The position numbers were made by a program, and so were the translations under genes. 64,000 bases of DNA, taken from Promethearchaeota archaeon (lineage in GTDB: Archaea; Asgardarchaeota; Lokiarchaeia; Sigyniarchaeales; SOKP01). The stretch spans positions 1 to 64,000 of the forward strand of contig JAHPZI010000023.1 of the NCBI GenBank assembly GCA_019058295.1. Reading direction: 5' to 3'. The notes below the pieces were generated by a model. That model ran no database searches and was not told the origin of the DNA. It saw only the letters and a list, made by a program, of their open reading frames with translations. Below, piece after piece: positions 8,860-19,685 of this stretch. Position 1 is the first letter of the stretch. The number at the start of each line of letters is the position of its first letter.

Positions 8860-11520
8860 ATGATTGGAAATGGTAGCTTTGGCAGATGGATAACTGATAA
8901 GTACGGACTACCAGCATACCAATATACATGCAATCAATTTGAAGATCCAAATGCTAACACACGAACTACATATGGTTTTTCTAATAATCATTTCCACCAA
9001 ATAGGGAATGATAGAATTACAGCAACAGTCCATAATGGTGGTCATGTCCAAGTTTTAGAATCGAGCCGCGGATTTCAATGGTTAACATACAGAAATCGGA
9101 AAAGAAATAAATTTGGAGGAGGAATAGCTTTATTTAAAACAAATGAAGACAATCAATTTTTATCCGATCTCTATGATCCTAATATATTCAAGAAATATCA
9201 GCGGATTTTTGGAATGGGATATTTTCAAAAGGAAATCCAAGTCAATGACCTGAAATTAATCCATGTAATATGCACTCCCTTTTCAAACGATTCAATTTTT
9301 ATTTCTGAAATAATAGTTACAAATGATTCGGAAACTAAATCCATCACTAATTTGAAATTAATAGATTTCTGGGATATAAATCTTCATCATATCCTTAAGT
9401 CCTTAATAGTAACATCCAATAAGAGAAAATTATTTGGAAGATCAAAATTCATTAATATTGCGGGGAAATTAGTTAAATTTTGTCAAAGGATTACAAAAAC
9501 AGATACAGATGGTTCGAGATATAGATTTGATAAGAAATTCCATTTCAAATTAAATGATTACAACCAAAGAGACACAATCATTTTAACTCCAAAATACAAA
9601 AGAAAACCTCCTGTGGAGAGTATAGAACCAGCAAAGCATAATTTTTACCCAAAATCAATTTTCCTTTCAATGATTCAAGGAAAGCCTCAGAAAATCTTTT
9701 TTAGTCAAAATCAAATAATAAAAAAGAATCGATTTGTGGTTAATTGGGATTCTTTAGATAATAATTCCAAATCAGTAATTAAAAATCCATGTGTTGGAAT
9801 AGGTACGGAATTATCTTTAGATCCAAAAGAGACTAGTAAAGTAGTATGTATTTTTGGTTATGAAGAAATTCAAAATATTGAAAAATTAAAACTAAAATAT
9901 AAAAAAATTATCTCTGAAAATTCAATTCTAGCTTTAAATGCTGAAAAATGGAAGGATTCCTTAATTGAACTTAATTGTGAAAAAGATCCTTGGTTATCTC
10001 GAGAAACAAAATGGCATACCTATTATACTCGAAGTGCTTGTTATTTTGATGAATATTTTGGTCTACATAAGTTCCCACAGAGTTCCATATATCAATTTGG
10101 ACATGGATTGGATGGAGCAATTAGAGATTTTGTACTTTATCTCAAATCAATAATATTTATCGATTCAAGATTGGCTAAGGAATTCTTAATCTATATGATT
10201 TCTTTGATGGAACCAAATGGCAGATTGCCATATAGTATATATGGTTTTTCTAAATTATCTTCTGTGGTTGTTCATGCTAATCCATCAGATTTACAAATTT
10301 TTTTAATATGGGGTATTTTGCAATATATCTATACTACTAGAGACTTCAATTTCTTAGAAGAAAGAATATTATTTTACCCAAAATCTAAAAATAAAAGCTC
10401 TACTGTTCTAGAGAAGATAAATCTTGCATTTCAATATCTCTTTTCTGATAATATTGGATTTGGAGAGCATGGATTAATAAAATCTAATGACGGAGACTGG
10501 AATGATGGTATCTCTTCAATGGCAAAAAGCCGTAAAAAATTTATAAAGTATGGTGAATCAAATTTTAATTCTACTTTTCTCCTCTATATAATTCCTAAAG
10601 TACTTCCGTTATTAGAAGAGCTTAATCCACGGCTAGCAGAATTATGTAGTGGAAAATATGAGGAATTAAAAAATAATATTCAAAAAACATGGAATGGTAA
10701 ATGGTTCTATCGATGCTGGGACGGACAAGGCAATCCAATTGGGGATAAAAATATTTTTTTAGAACATCATACTTGGCTTCTCATATCTGGTATTTTATCT
10801 AATGAAAAATCTTCGATAATAGTTAATGAAATTTATAAGAATTTGGATAAGCCATCACCCATAGGACAATATATCTCATATCCTCCTCAGAAAACACAAT
10901 TTAACATATTGCCAAAAGGATGGGATACAAACGGGGGAGTTTGGCATGCTATTAATGCACTTTTAACATGGGGTTATTCAAAATACGATGCAAATAAAGC
11001 TTATGAATCATTAATAAAGAATTCAATGGCAAATAGAGCGCAGATTTATCCAAACATTTGGTACGGTATTTGGAGTGGTCCCGATGCGTATATTGCTGAT
11101 TATGCTGAAAACGCTGGAGAAGCATTTTATCACATCTCAACGCCAATGCGTGATTGGCCACTTATGAATTTAAATATACATGCTTGTTATCTTCTCTCTG
11201 TAATTAAGATTGTTGGATTTGAAGCCGAATATGATTCAATAACAATATCACCTAAAATACAGGATCAAAATTTTAAATTCAAATCCCCATTATTAACAGT
11301 TGAAGCAGAGGATAATCGATTTTCGGTTGAATTTAAACCTTTATATAGCAAAGATTTGACTCTAAAGATCAAAAAACCAAATTGGTGGAATTCTAAATCA
11401 AAAATTTTGTTGAATGAGAATGAAATCTCAGACATAAAAGAAATGGTGGATATACAAGATGTTAATATTATTATAACGCTAAAAAAAACTTATGAAAAAA
11501 TAAAACTTTTGTTTGAATAG
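8860..11520 (+). CDS. GH94-like glycoside phosphorylase/hydrolase
   Basis: GEHGL..DGDWNDG catalytic region, WNGKWFYR and NGGVWH; N-terminal beta domain plus (alpha/alpha)6 barrel. Confidence 0.75.
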   Translation: MIGNGSFGRWITDKYGLPAYQYTCNQFEDPNANTRTTYGFSNNHFHQIGNDRITATVHNGGHVQVLESSRGFQWLTYRNRKRNKFGGGIALFKTNEDNQFLSDLYDPNIFKKYQRIFGMGYFQKEIQVNDLKLIHVICTPFSNDSIFISEIIVTNDSETKSITNLKLIDFWDINLHHILKSLIVTSNKRKLFGRSKFINIAGKLVKFCQRITKTDTDGSRYRFDKKFHFKLNDYNQRDTIILTPKYKRKPPVESIEPAKHNFYPKSIFLSMIQGKPQKIFFSQNQIIKKNRFVVNWDSLDNNSKSVIKNPCVGIGTELSLDPKETSKVVCIFGYEEIQNIEKLKLKYKKIISENSILALNAEKWKDSLIELNCEKDPWLSRETKWHTYYTRSACYFDEYFGLHKFPQSSIYQFGHGLDGAIRDFVLYLKSIIFIDSRLAKEFLIYMISLMEPNGRLPYSIYGFSKLSSVVVHANPSDLQIFLIWGILQYIYTTRDFNFLEERILFYPKSKNKSSTVLEKINLAFQYLFSDNIGFGEHGLIKSNDGDWNDGISSMAKSRKKFIKYGESNFNSTFLLYIIPKVLPLLEELNPRLAELCSGKYEELKNNIQKTWNGKWFYRCWDGQGNPIGDKNIFLEHHTWLLISGILSNEKSSIIVNEIYKNLDKPSPIGQYISYPPQKTQFNILPKGWDTNGGVWHAINALLTWGYSKYDANKAYESLIKNSMANRAQIYPNIWYGIWSGPDAYIADYAENAGEAFYHISTPMRDWPLMNLNIHACYLLSVIKIVGFEAEYDSITISPKIQDQNFKFKSPLLTVEAEDNRFSVEFKPLYSKDLTLKIKKPNWWNSKSKILLNENEISDIKEMVDIQDVNIIITLKKTYEKIKLLFE

Positions 11521-11592
11521 ATAATTAATAGAGAGTAGATAATATTAATAAAATTTATATCGTATTTATTATCATTTTCTTGTGATATTTAT

Positions 11593-11997
11593 ATGAATGA
11601 ATATTTTGAAATCAAAGAAATTCCCCCACCATCTAAGAAGGGAAGAGGAGCATTTGCAAAAAAAAGTATTAAAAAGGGGACACTTGTCGAGGTGGCTCAT
11701 ATATTATTGATTTCAAATGAGGACTATGAAAAATTAACCGATACCATATTTTGGTCATATTGCTTCGAATGGGATGACCCAAAATATAATGGAGAGAATC
11801 CAGCAGCAGTGCCATTAAGTTTATGCCAATTCATCAATCATTCATATTCTCCGAATTTAAGATATGAATACGATTACGAAAATTTAACTATTAACTATTA
11901 TACCGAACAGGATATTGCTAACGGCGAAGAGTTAACAGTAAATTATAATGGAGTCGTTAACGATAAGAGTCCCATGTGGTTCGAAGTTGAGAATTAA
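11593..11997 (+). CDS. SET-domain protein lysine methyltransferase
   Basis: KGRGAFA, FINHSYSPN and GEELTVNY signatures. Confidence 0.92.
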   Translation: MNEYFEIKEIPPPSKKGRGAFAKKSIKKGTLVEVAHILLISNEDYEKLTDTIFWSYCFEWDDPKYNGENPAAVPLSLCQFINHSYSPNLRYEYDYENLTINYYTEQDIANGEELTVNYNGVVNDKSPMWFEVEN

Positions 11998-12002
11998 AAT
12001 TT

Positions 12003-12872
12003 TTATTTACTTTTTCTTAAAGATTTTAAAATTTTTAAATTCATAATATCTTCTTTCATATCTTTACCTTTTGGGGTTTCTAAAATACCAGGGTGATCTT
12101 TAAATCTATGATCGTTAAGTAAGAAACCAAATGGTTCTTTCCCTATTTTTCCTTGTCCTATATGAGTATGTCTATCTACTCTAGAACCCATGGCTTTTTC
12201 TGAATCATTTAAATGGAAGGCGAATAAATAATTTAATCCAATTACATCATCAAATTCATTCCACATATTATTATATTTTGTTTTGGTTGAAAAATCGTAA
12301 CCTGCTGCAAAGGAATGGCTAGTATCAAAGCATACCCCTATTCTATCTTTATTTTTAATCTTATCGATTATTTCTTTTATATGGTAAAATTTATGACCCA
12401 AACCTGTTCCTTGACCAGCTGTCGTTTCTAATAAAATTCGAACTTTAGATGTCTTAGTTGCCTCAATCAATTTATTTAATTGTTCAGCAATTTGGTTTAA
12501 TGCTTCTTTTTTTGTAAGGTCCTCTTCATCTTTAGGAATAACTCCTGGATGCATATTTTCATATTCTAATTTTAATTGATCTGCTTTTATAAGTTCGTCT
12601 AACATAGCGTTATATGATTTTTCCAACTTTTCTTTATCAGTACTAGCGAGATTAATAAGATAGCTATTGTGACTTATAACTGGCCAAATATCATTTTCTA
12701 ATTCATCTCTTTTTTTCAAAAATTCGGCAATTTCTTCTTGTGTTAATGGCCCCGATGACCATCCACGTACATTTCTAATAAAAACTTGTATCGCTTCACA
12801 TCCAAGTTCTTTCCCTCTGACTAAAGCCATATATTTTCCCCCAGTTACGCTCATATGGGCACCCAATCTCAT
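12003..12872 (-). CDS. nfo: Endonuclease IV (AP endonuclease)
   Basis: LGAHMS, HNSYLINL, HPG, LETTAGQG, FDTSH, HLNDS, DRHTHIG and ILETP; AGGTGA RBS precedes the ATG at 12872. Confidence 0.95.
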   Translation of the reverse strand: MRLGAHMSVTGGKYMALVRGKELGCEAIQVFIRNVRGWSSGPLTQEEIAEFLKKRDELENDIWPVISHNSYLINLASTDKEKLEKSYNAMLDELIKADQLKLEYENMHPGVIPKDEEDLTKKEALNQIAEQLNKLIEATKTSKVRILLETTAGQGTGLGHKFYHIKEIIDKIKNKDRIGVCFDTSHSFAAGYDFSTKTKYNNMWNEFDDVIGLNYLFAFHLNDSEKAMGSRVDRHTHIGQGKIGKEPFGFLLNDHRFKDHPGILETPKGKDMKEDIMNLKILKSLRKSK

Positions 12873-12977
12873 CAATATCTCACCTAAAAAAATTACTTTT
12901 ATAATTATATTAGGTTTTTAATCTAAATATTATTTTTATATTTAAATTAAATAAATATCTAAACAAGGTTATTCTTC

Positions 12978-13718
12978 ATGACAATGGGAGGACTACATTT
13001 ATTATCTGGACTTGTAATTGCCAGTTTTATTAGAAATGAGAAATATAAAAAAGCCAAATGGGGTATAGTATGGGGGAGTATCTTTCCCGACATAGATATA
13101 CTTGCAAGTATTATTATATTTCTATTTACAGGGAATCTTAATAACGCAATGTTCATTCATCGAACAGTAACTCATGGTTTTTTCGCAATGGGACTAGTTG
13201 TGCCAATTGGATTTTTAATTTCTCGAACGCGTACGGACTTTAAATGGGTATTTTTATTTTCTCTTGCGTTTGCATTTGGAATGCTAACTCACATCTTTTA
13301 TGATTTATTGGACGGGTATGTTGCGATTTTTGCCCCATTTTCGTACTCGAAATACTCAATTACAAACATTACTGATCCAGACCTCTTGACCCTAGGTACT
13401 TTTTTCAAAGTTTATAATTCAATAGATGGAATGAGTGATGTTATTTTTTATCTCCCATTATGGTACTGGGCAACTCGTAAAGCGAATATCACGAATGAAC
13501 TAAAATTTGCGAAAAAATTGTTAATTGTGTCTTTTATTTCAATTGTATATTTTAGCTGTCTATTAGTGCTTGCCTTCACTGATATCAGCGTTGAAATGCA
13601 TATTATACTTGTTTATGCTTACTGGGGAATAATCCATCTCCCTCTATCGACTGTAATTGTCCAAATAAAGATGAAAGAAACAATCCAAGATTTTAGTTTC
13701 TTAAAGTTGAGAGAATAA
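12978..13718 (+). CDS. Membrane-bound metal-dependent hydrolase (YdjM-like)
   Basis: H..SG, GSIFPDID, HRTVTH and HIFYD motifs. Confidence 0.85.
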   Translation: MTMGGLHLLSGLVIASFIRNEKYKKAKWGIVWGSIFPDIDILASIIIFLFTGNLNNAMFIHRTVTHGFFAMGLVVPIGFLISRTRTDFKWVFLFSLAFAFGMLTHIFYDLLDGYVAIFAPFSYSKYSITNITDPDLLTLGTFFKVYNSIDGMSDVIFYLPLWYWATRKANITNELKFAKKLLIVSFISIVYFSCLLVLAFTDISVEMHIILVYAYWGIIHLPLSTVIVQIKMKETIQDFSFLKLRE

Positions 13719-13776
13719 CAAAAGAGAATATATAGAAAAAGAATAATTATTTTAAATTTAAAAGATATAATAAAAT

Positions 13777-14331
13777 ATGCAAAACATTAAAGCCAAAAAA
13801 GAAAGCCTAATGCGTTTATTAGGTATGGTTTTAATCCTTTGTGGTCTATTAATTACGCTATTTGTTGATATCATTTTCGTTATATCAAACGTTGCCTTAT
13901 TTCTTCTAATTATAATTCCATGGTTTTTGTTGATTATTTTATTGAAGCTGGAGATTGATTTTGTTGTTGATCATGCCATAATATTTTCTATAATTTTCTG
14001 CATATACACAATAATAATGAGCTTAGTAGCATTGCTATTTATTTCTAATGAAGTAGCTTCATTATTATTTATCATGTTGGTGATATCTGATATTTTATTA
14101 TTGATATGCTGGCATTTTGCGATTTCTATTTTTAAAAAGAAAAAAATTTTATCTATCCTATGCGGATTTGGTTATTTGATAATTACTTCTATCTTTCGCC
14201 TTTTACCTATCGTGATTATTTGGCCTTGGTTCCTTAACCTTGGATCAGCAGCAATTGTTCTTCTTGGAATTGTTTTGATCCTTTTTGCAGAAATGAGAAT
14301 GAGGAAAAAAGGATTGCTCAATTATATATAA
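13777..14331 (+). CDS. Hypothetical membrane protein
   Basis: About 6 TM segments. Confidence 0.7.
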   Translation: MQNIKAKKESLMRLLGMVLILCGLLITLFVDIIFVISNVALFLLIIIPWFLLIILLKLEIDFVVDHAIIFSIIFCIYTIIMSLVALLFISNEVASLLFIMLVISDILLLICWHFAISIFKKKKILSILCGFGYLIITSIFRLLPIVIIWPWFLNLGSAAIVLLGIVLILFAEMRMRKKGLLNYI

Positions 14332-14375
14332 TCAGGAATTTTTTTTCTTTTTATTTAATTATTTTATCTATTATC

Positions 14376-16094
14376 CTATTCATCTAATTTTTTCCAAAAA
14401 TCTTTAAATTCTTCTTTAGAAATCGAAACCGTTAAATTCGTGGGATCTGAGGACTCTTTTCTTAAAAATTCAGGAAGATCATTTATATTTTGAGAAATTC
14501 CAGCTTTATCGTTAAATTCAATCTCATTTCTTATAATTTGTTTTCCGATACTAATTACATTTTCCCTCGTTAAATTTGTATTATACATCGCATTAACTAC
14601 ACCCGCAATTAATTCCATATTTTCGTAGCTTGGACCTATAAAATAACAACAACCCATTGCGTCTAAAACAGCTGTATATATTTGTAATTCATAAGACAAA
14701 TCCAATTTATTTTGATTATCAGTAATTTCTCCATATTCTCTATCAGTTCTTGCTGATCTTCCAGCAATAGCTGCTCCCGCCGTATGGTCCGCTCCCATTG
14801 GAGATGTCGCATAAGTTACGCTCATAGCTTTAAAAACTCGAGGATCATAAGCGGATATTCCTTGTCCCTTCACATGAGGTATTCTCTCAAAATTTAATTC
14901 TCGGCCTAAATGACAAACTCCATTTCCATAAAGCTGACCTATTTCTGAACCTTTCCTAATTTCTTCCAAGATTTCGAAAACTTTTTCAGAATCACCCCAG
15001 TTTACTTTACCACTATCCATTGCAACACCCATAGTAACACCAAACTCAATTGTATCAATACCAATATCGTCGCATAAGTGATCAATTTTCGCTAAACTAT
15101 CAATATCATTAATCATACAATTAGAACCGTTCATAGCCATTGTTTCATATTCAAGACTAGATGTAACATGATTACCATTCTCATCAACAAAAAGATTTGA
15201 ACACTTAATAACACAGGTTGGACTACATGCTAAACTCTTTTTTCCACCCCGAGCCATGACGATCTCGTGAAGTTCTTCTCCAGATATTTTTTCAATTTCT
15301 TCATATGAACCTTTTCTAAAACTTTTAGTAGGTATACCACCATATTCACTCATAGCTTTCATCATCAATGGAGTTCCATAAGTTGAAAATGTCTGTCTTG
15401 TTTCGAATAAATACTTAGCAAAAGGTTTGGATAATTCCCTGAATTTGTTAATATCGTGGATTTTCGCTTTTGATCTTTTTGGTGGAATAATAACTATAGC
15501 TTTTATTCTTTTAGAGCCCATAACAGCACCTAGACCACCTCTCCCAGCGTGTCGGCTCGGGTATCCTTCTAAATCATTAGCCGCAACACTAGAATTTTTT
15601 AACGTCATTTCTCCAGCTGGACCAATTGAATAGATCCCAATTCGCTCGCCATATTTTTTTCTTAACCTCTCGTGCAATTCATAATTACCTAATCTCTTGT
15701 ATTCTTTAGCAGATTCAAATTTAATCCCATCTTGATTTATTAAAATGAGTTTTAAATCATTAGAAATATTCTCTAAAACTAAAGCCCTAAATCCATAAGT
15801 AGCTAACATCATTGAAGGTCTGCCACCTATATTCGATTCTTTTATGCCATTAGTTAAAGGACTCTTGGCACCTACAGATGTGCGTGCTGAATTTGGAAAT
15901 GGACTTCCTGTTAATAATCCACTAGCGATAACAAGTTTATTTTTATCTCCTAAAGGATCGCAAGAAGGATTGACTTCATCATGAACTATTTGGGAACTTA
16001 AACCCCGTCCTCCCAGAAGAAAATATTTTGAATCGCTTGTAATATCTTCAAATTTAATTGATTCTGTTTTTACATTAATTCTTGCTAATCTCAT
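14376..16094 (-). CDS. aor: Aldehyde:ferredoxin oxidoreductase family (W-pterin)
   Basis: LGGRGL, KSPLT, GRGGLGAVMGSK, CxxxCxxxC, EYET, DDIGIDT and GADH. Confidence 0.9.
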   Translation of the reverse strand: MRLARINVKTESIKFEDITSDSKYFLLGGRGLSSQIVHDEVNPSCDPLGDKNKLVIASGLLTGSPFPNSARTSVGAKSPLTNGIKESNIGGRPSMMLATYGFRALVLENISNDLKLILINQDGIKFESAKEYKRLGNYELHERLRKKYGERIGIYSIGPAGEMTLKNSSVAANDLEGYPSRHAGRGGLGAVMGSKRIKAIVIIPPKRSKAKIHDINKFRELSKPFAKYLFETRQTFSTYGTPLMMKAMSEYGGIPTKSFRKGSYEEIEKISGEELHEIVMARGGKKSLACSPTCVIKCSNLFVDENGNHVTSSLEYETMAMNGSNCMINDIDSLAKIDHLCDDIGIDTIEFGVTMGVAMDSGKVNWGDSEKVFEILEEIRKGSEIGQLYGNGVCHLGRELNFERIPHVKGQGISAYDPRVFKAMSVTYATSPMGADHTAGAAIAGRSARTDREYGEITDNQNKLDLSYELQIYTAVLDAMGCCYFIGPSYENMELIAGVVNAMYNTNLTRENVISIGKQIIRNEIEFNDKAGISQNINDLPEFLRKESSDPTNLTVSISKEEFKDFWKKLDE

Positions 16095-16147
16095 AAGAAG
16101 AGATATTAATTATTTTTATTTTAATTTTTCATTTCTTTTTGAAATGT

Positions 16148-16678
16148 TCAGAATTTTTCGTAATGAACTATTTTTTCAAGGGGTTTCCGGGCTTCCACTT
16201 CACTTTTCTGCTTGACAGGAAACCCTAAGGGAGTTAATCCCATAACGTGATATTCTTCGGGAATCTCTAAAATTTTCTTTACTTTTTCTTCATTAAACCA
16301 CCCTATCCAACACGTTGCTAAGCCCTCAGCTGTGGCTGCTAAAATTAAATGCTCAAAACAAATACCAAAATCAACAGGGTAATATTTTTCGCCATTAGAA
16401 TTTGTACCTGAACGTTTTTCAGGGATAATACCTACAATAAACATAGGAGCTTCGGCAAACTTCTTTCTCTGCCCTATTGCTCTCCATATCTCTTTCACTT
16501 TCTCTGAATCTTGAACAATTATATAATGAACTCCCTGCATATTTGCCCATGTGGGCGCAAGTCTTGCGGCTTCCAAGATTCTTTCTATTTTTTCCATTTC
16601 GGGCATTTCTGGCTTATATATTCGATAACTCCTTCTCTTTTTAACTACATCGTAAAAATCCATCTTAAATTGCCTCAT
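16148..16678 (-). CDS. Nitroreductase family protein
   Basis: RRSYR, APTWANMQ and GLATCWIG; the true start is probably MDFY, 5 codons downstream. Confidence 0.9.
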   Translation of the reverse strand: MRQFKMDFYDVVKKRRSYRIYKPEMPEMEKIERILEAARLAPTWANMQGVHYIIVQDSEKVKEIWRAIGQRKKFAEAPMFIVGIIPEKRSGTNSNGEKYYPVDFGICFEHLILAATAEGLATCWIGWFNEEKVKKILEIPEEYHVMGLTPLGFPVKQKSEVEARKPLEKIVHYEKF

Positions 16679-16862
16679 AATTATTTTGATTCTATATATC
16701 TTTTAATTAACTTTTATTTATTATTTCTATTTATATTTCAAAAATTTTGAAAAACATCAAAAGAATTAAGAAATTATATACTATTTTTACTACTTTTTCC
16801 TTATTATATTTATATATTAGATTTTTTATGTATTCTCATATTAAAACACGAAAGCGATAAAA

Positions 16863-17672
16863 ATGGCTAAAAAGAAAACTGGAAGATTTAAAAACATAAC
16901 AATTGAAGAAAAAACAGCGTTAGAAGATATTGAAAAGTTAGTTGGAGAATCATTAAAAGAATATAAAGAATTTTTGGGAATCTATCCATGTGGATTCATA
17001 ATTAAAGATGGGCATGTTACTAAATTAGGAATTGAATATAAGGGATTGCCAAAAGTTCCAAAGACGCTAAAAGATTTAAAGTGGCTAAAAGAATTAGGTT
17101 TATCTTGGAATAAATTACCCTCTATCCCCGACATATTTAATAGTCTAATAAATCTCGAAAAAATTGATTTGGCATACAATAGATTGAAAACTCTCCCCGA
17201 CTCATTTGGTAATCTCATCAATCTCAAGAGATTAAATTTAGCAGGTAATGACTTTAAAACACTCCCCAACTCATTTGGTAATCTTATCAATCTCAAGAGA
17301 TTAGATTTGGCCCAGAATGGCTTGAAAGCACTTCCCGACTCATTTGGAAACCTAAGGATGCTTGAGGAATTGGACTTATGGGGCAATTGGTTGAAAACAC
17401 TTCCGGAATCATTCGGAGATTTATCCAATCTCAAATCTTTGGAATTATGTTCAAATACTTCACCCAAGATTCCAAAATCGTTTGAAAATCTAACTAATCT
17501 TAAAAAATTATTATTGTCGGTTAAAGAAGTTGGGCTTTTTCCAAGGAAAATAGCTGAGCAACTTAAAAAACAGGGCTGTCAAGTTCATTATGAAGCACGT
17601 GAATGGATCGGTGATTGGGGGGGAGACTGGGAAACGGTAAAATACGATTATTTCAAAAAAAAGGAAATATAA
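16863..17672 (+). CDS. Leucine-rich repeat protein
   Basis: 23-aa repeats LKTLPDSFGNLINLKRLNLAGN. Confidence 0.92.
   Translation: MAKKKTGRFKNITIEEKTALEDIEKLVGESLKEYKEFLGIYPCGFIIKDGHVTKLGIEYKGLPKVPKTLKDLKWLKELGLSWNKLPSIPDIFNSLINLEKIDLAYNRLKTLPDSFGNLINLKRLNLAGNDFKTLPNSFGNLINLKRLDLAQNGLKALPDSFGNLRMLEELDLWGNWLKTLPESFGDLSNLKSLELCSNTSPKIPKSFENLTNLKKLLLSVKEVGLFPRKIAEQLKKQGCQVHYEAREWIGDWGGDWETVKYDYFKKKEI
17181..17318 (+). repeat. 69-nt tandem repeat (two closely similar LRR units, with more diverged copies flanking)
   Basis: CTCCCC(G/A)ACTCATTTGGTAATCT(C/T)ATCAATCTCAAGAGATTA recurs at a 69-nt offset. Confidence 0.85.
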
Positions 17673-17982
17673 ATTGAATGACTTATGTCTGTTTAATAGT
17701 TTATTTTTACTTGAAAGATTTTATGTGTTATTTTTATAGTTTACTGAACAACGAATTTAAATTAATCAAAAAAATTGAAAAATTTAAAATCCTCAAATAA
17801 GTATTTAATTAAATAGATAAACAAATTACAATTATATCAAATTTTTACCATAAGTATTAAATATGAGACGTGTGTAACATATTCTTATTATAAGAAGATC
17901 AAAAAATTGGTATCTTATATAGAACATTTATTTCGCATTGAATTTAGCATTTTTTTTGAATAATATTTCTAGTGGTTAAAAT

Positions 17983-18915
17983 ATGAATCAGCAACAGCGA
18001 GAATTTTTAAGATTTAATAGAAATGAAGAAAATTTAGATATACTAAAAACAAACGAATGCTGTGAAAAGCCGTTAATTCAAATTAGAGATGGAAACCGCT
18101 TATGTTTAAATTGTGGGATGATTTATCAAAAAGAATTTGTGGGAAATGAGAGACGGGCTTACACAGTGGAAGAAATCCAGAGTCGTAAACGAACAGAACC
18201 CCGCTGGCGTGATTTTGGACCTCGTACAATGCTCCCAAACACCAAAACTGATAGCAAGGGTAAATCAATAGGTGCAAAAGAGCAAGCTCTTTTTTCACGT
18301 TTATCAAAAATTCAAAATTCATTAATATCAAGCATTGAAAGAAATTTTTGGGAAGCAAAACCAAAATTAAAAATGTTATGTTCCAAATTAAATATCCCTG
18401 AATATATATCAGATAGTGCATGGAAGATTTATTCAATTGTGGCTAAAAAGAAGTTAACTATGGGGAGATCGATTAATGGATTCATCTCCGGTGCCTTATA
18501 TGCGGCGATTCGAGTTCATGATTTCCCGCGTTTGCTCGACGAGGTTTGCGAAGCATCGTTAACACCTAGAAGAACAGTTCACAGAAGTCTCGCTATGATT
18601 ATTCGGGAGATATTACCGGAATTAAATTTAAAATACCAACCAATTACAGCTGAATGTTTGGTTTTTCGTTTTGGCAATGAATTAGAATTACCGATGCAAA
18701 TTCAAAAATGCGCTATTAATATGTTAATACAAGCATCACAAAACGGTTTAAAGAGAACAGGAAAGGATCCGAAAGGTCTTGCAGCAGCATGTATTTATAT
18801 TGCTGCTAAAGATGGGGCTATGCGTAAAACCCAATCACGAGTTGCGGAAATTGCAAAAATCACTGAAGTTACTCTTCGAAGTCGAGCTAAACAAATCAGA
18901 AATAAATTATATTAA
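17983..18915 (+). CDS. tfb: Transcription initiation factor IIB (TFB) paralog
   Basis: Zn ribbon CC..CLNCG, two cyclin folds (GRSI..ALYAA; GKDPKGLAAACIY) and KTQ..AKITEVTLRSR. Confidence 0.93.
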   Translation: MNQQQREFLRFNRNEENLDILKTNECCEKPLIQIRDGNRLCLNCGMIYQKEFVGNERRAYTVEEIQSRKRTEPRWRDFGPRTMLPNTKTDSKGKSIGAKEQALFSRLSKIQNSLISSIERNFWEAKPKLKMLCSKLNIPEYISDSAWKIYSIVAKKKLTMGRSINGFISGALYAAIRVHDFPRLLDEVCEASLTPRRTVHRSLAMIIREILPELNLKYQPITAECLVFRFGNELELPMQIQKCAINMLIQASQNGLKRTGKDPKGLAAACIYIAAKDGAMRKTQSRVAEIAKITEVTLRSRAKQIRNKLY

Positions 18916-18965
18916 AAAAATTTTATAAATTTTTAATTATCAAATAATTAGGGTTAAGGGTAGAT

Positions 18966-19529
18966 TTAATCTCCTTTTTCTTTTTTTTCAAGTTCTAAAT
19001 TCCAATGTAGACCTAGAGCACCAAATACTAATCCAACCATTAAATAATAACAAACAACCCCCGTAAAAAATAGCCAAATAACTATGACATAAAAAGGAGC
19101 TAAATTTGCGCTAAAAATAATGTGTTGGAATGTTTTTAATCTCCCACCAATTGTAATTTCAGTTCTACCTAAAAACGTTATATATGCTAATTTAATGAAG
19201 GAAAAAATTAAAATTAACATACCAAACATAAGCATGCTTTTAGCTCTACTTTTATTATCAATTTTACTTGAAGAAAGTTTTAGAAGAAGTAATCCAATTA
19301 TAAAAAAGATACAAATTGAGCTAACTAGAAAGATAAATATTAAAGTAGCCGAGAGTGGAACGTAAGTTGAGTTAAATATAAATTCTTGAAAAAGCATTTT
19401 CTTGCCATATAAATTAATTTGTGTAGATAATAGTAGAAATATATTAAATAGCTCGATAGATGAGAGAACGATAAAAAGCAAGCCAAATACTATAAGAACT
19501 TTTTTGTAATGTTTTTCTTCATATACCAA
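18966..19529 (-). CDS. Hypothetical 4-TM membrane protein
   Basis: Four hydrophobic segments; TTG start. Confidence 0.7.
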   Translation of the reverse strand: MVYEEKHYKKVLIVFGLLFIVLSSIELFNIFLLLSTQINLYGKKMLFQEFIFNSTYVPLSATLIFIFLVSSICIFFIIGLLLLKLSSSKIDNKSRAKSMLMFGMLILIFSFIKLAYITFLGRTEITIGGRLKTFQHIIFSANLAPFYVIVIWLFFTGVVCYYLMVGLVFGALGLHWNLELEKKEKGD

Positions 19530-19685
19530 TTGGGGCCACTATTTTTATTTTCTAAAATTAAAAATATAATTAATAATTATAATTTGATTGATTTCTTATA
19601 AAAATTCTTATACAACTTTTACTTCTAATGCATTTGAAATTAGAATAATTTATGATCAAAAAATTTTTATAAATGAGCTATTTCA

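Noticed and set aside
17882-17896. Palindrome TTCTTAT-T-ATAAGAA upstream of tfb
   Set aside because: Almost entirely A/T with only a partial second copy (~23704); not distinguishable from chance.
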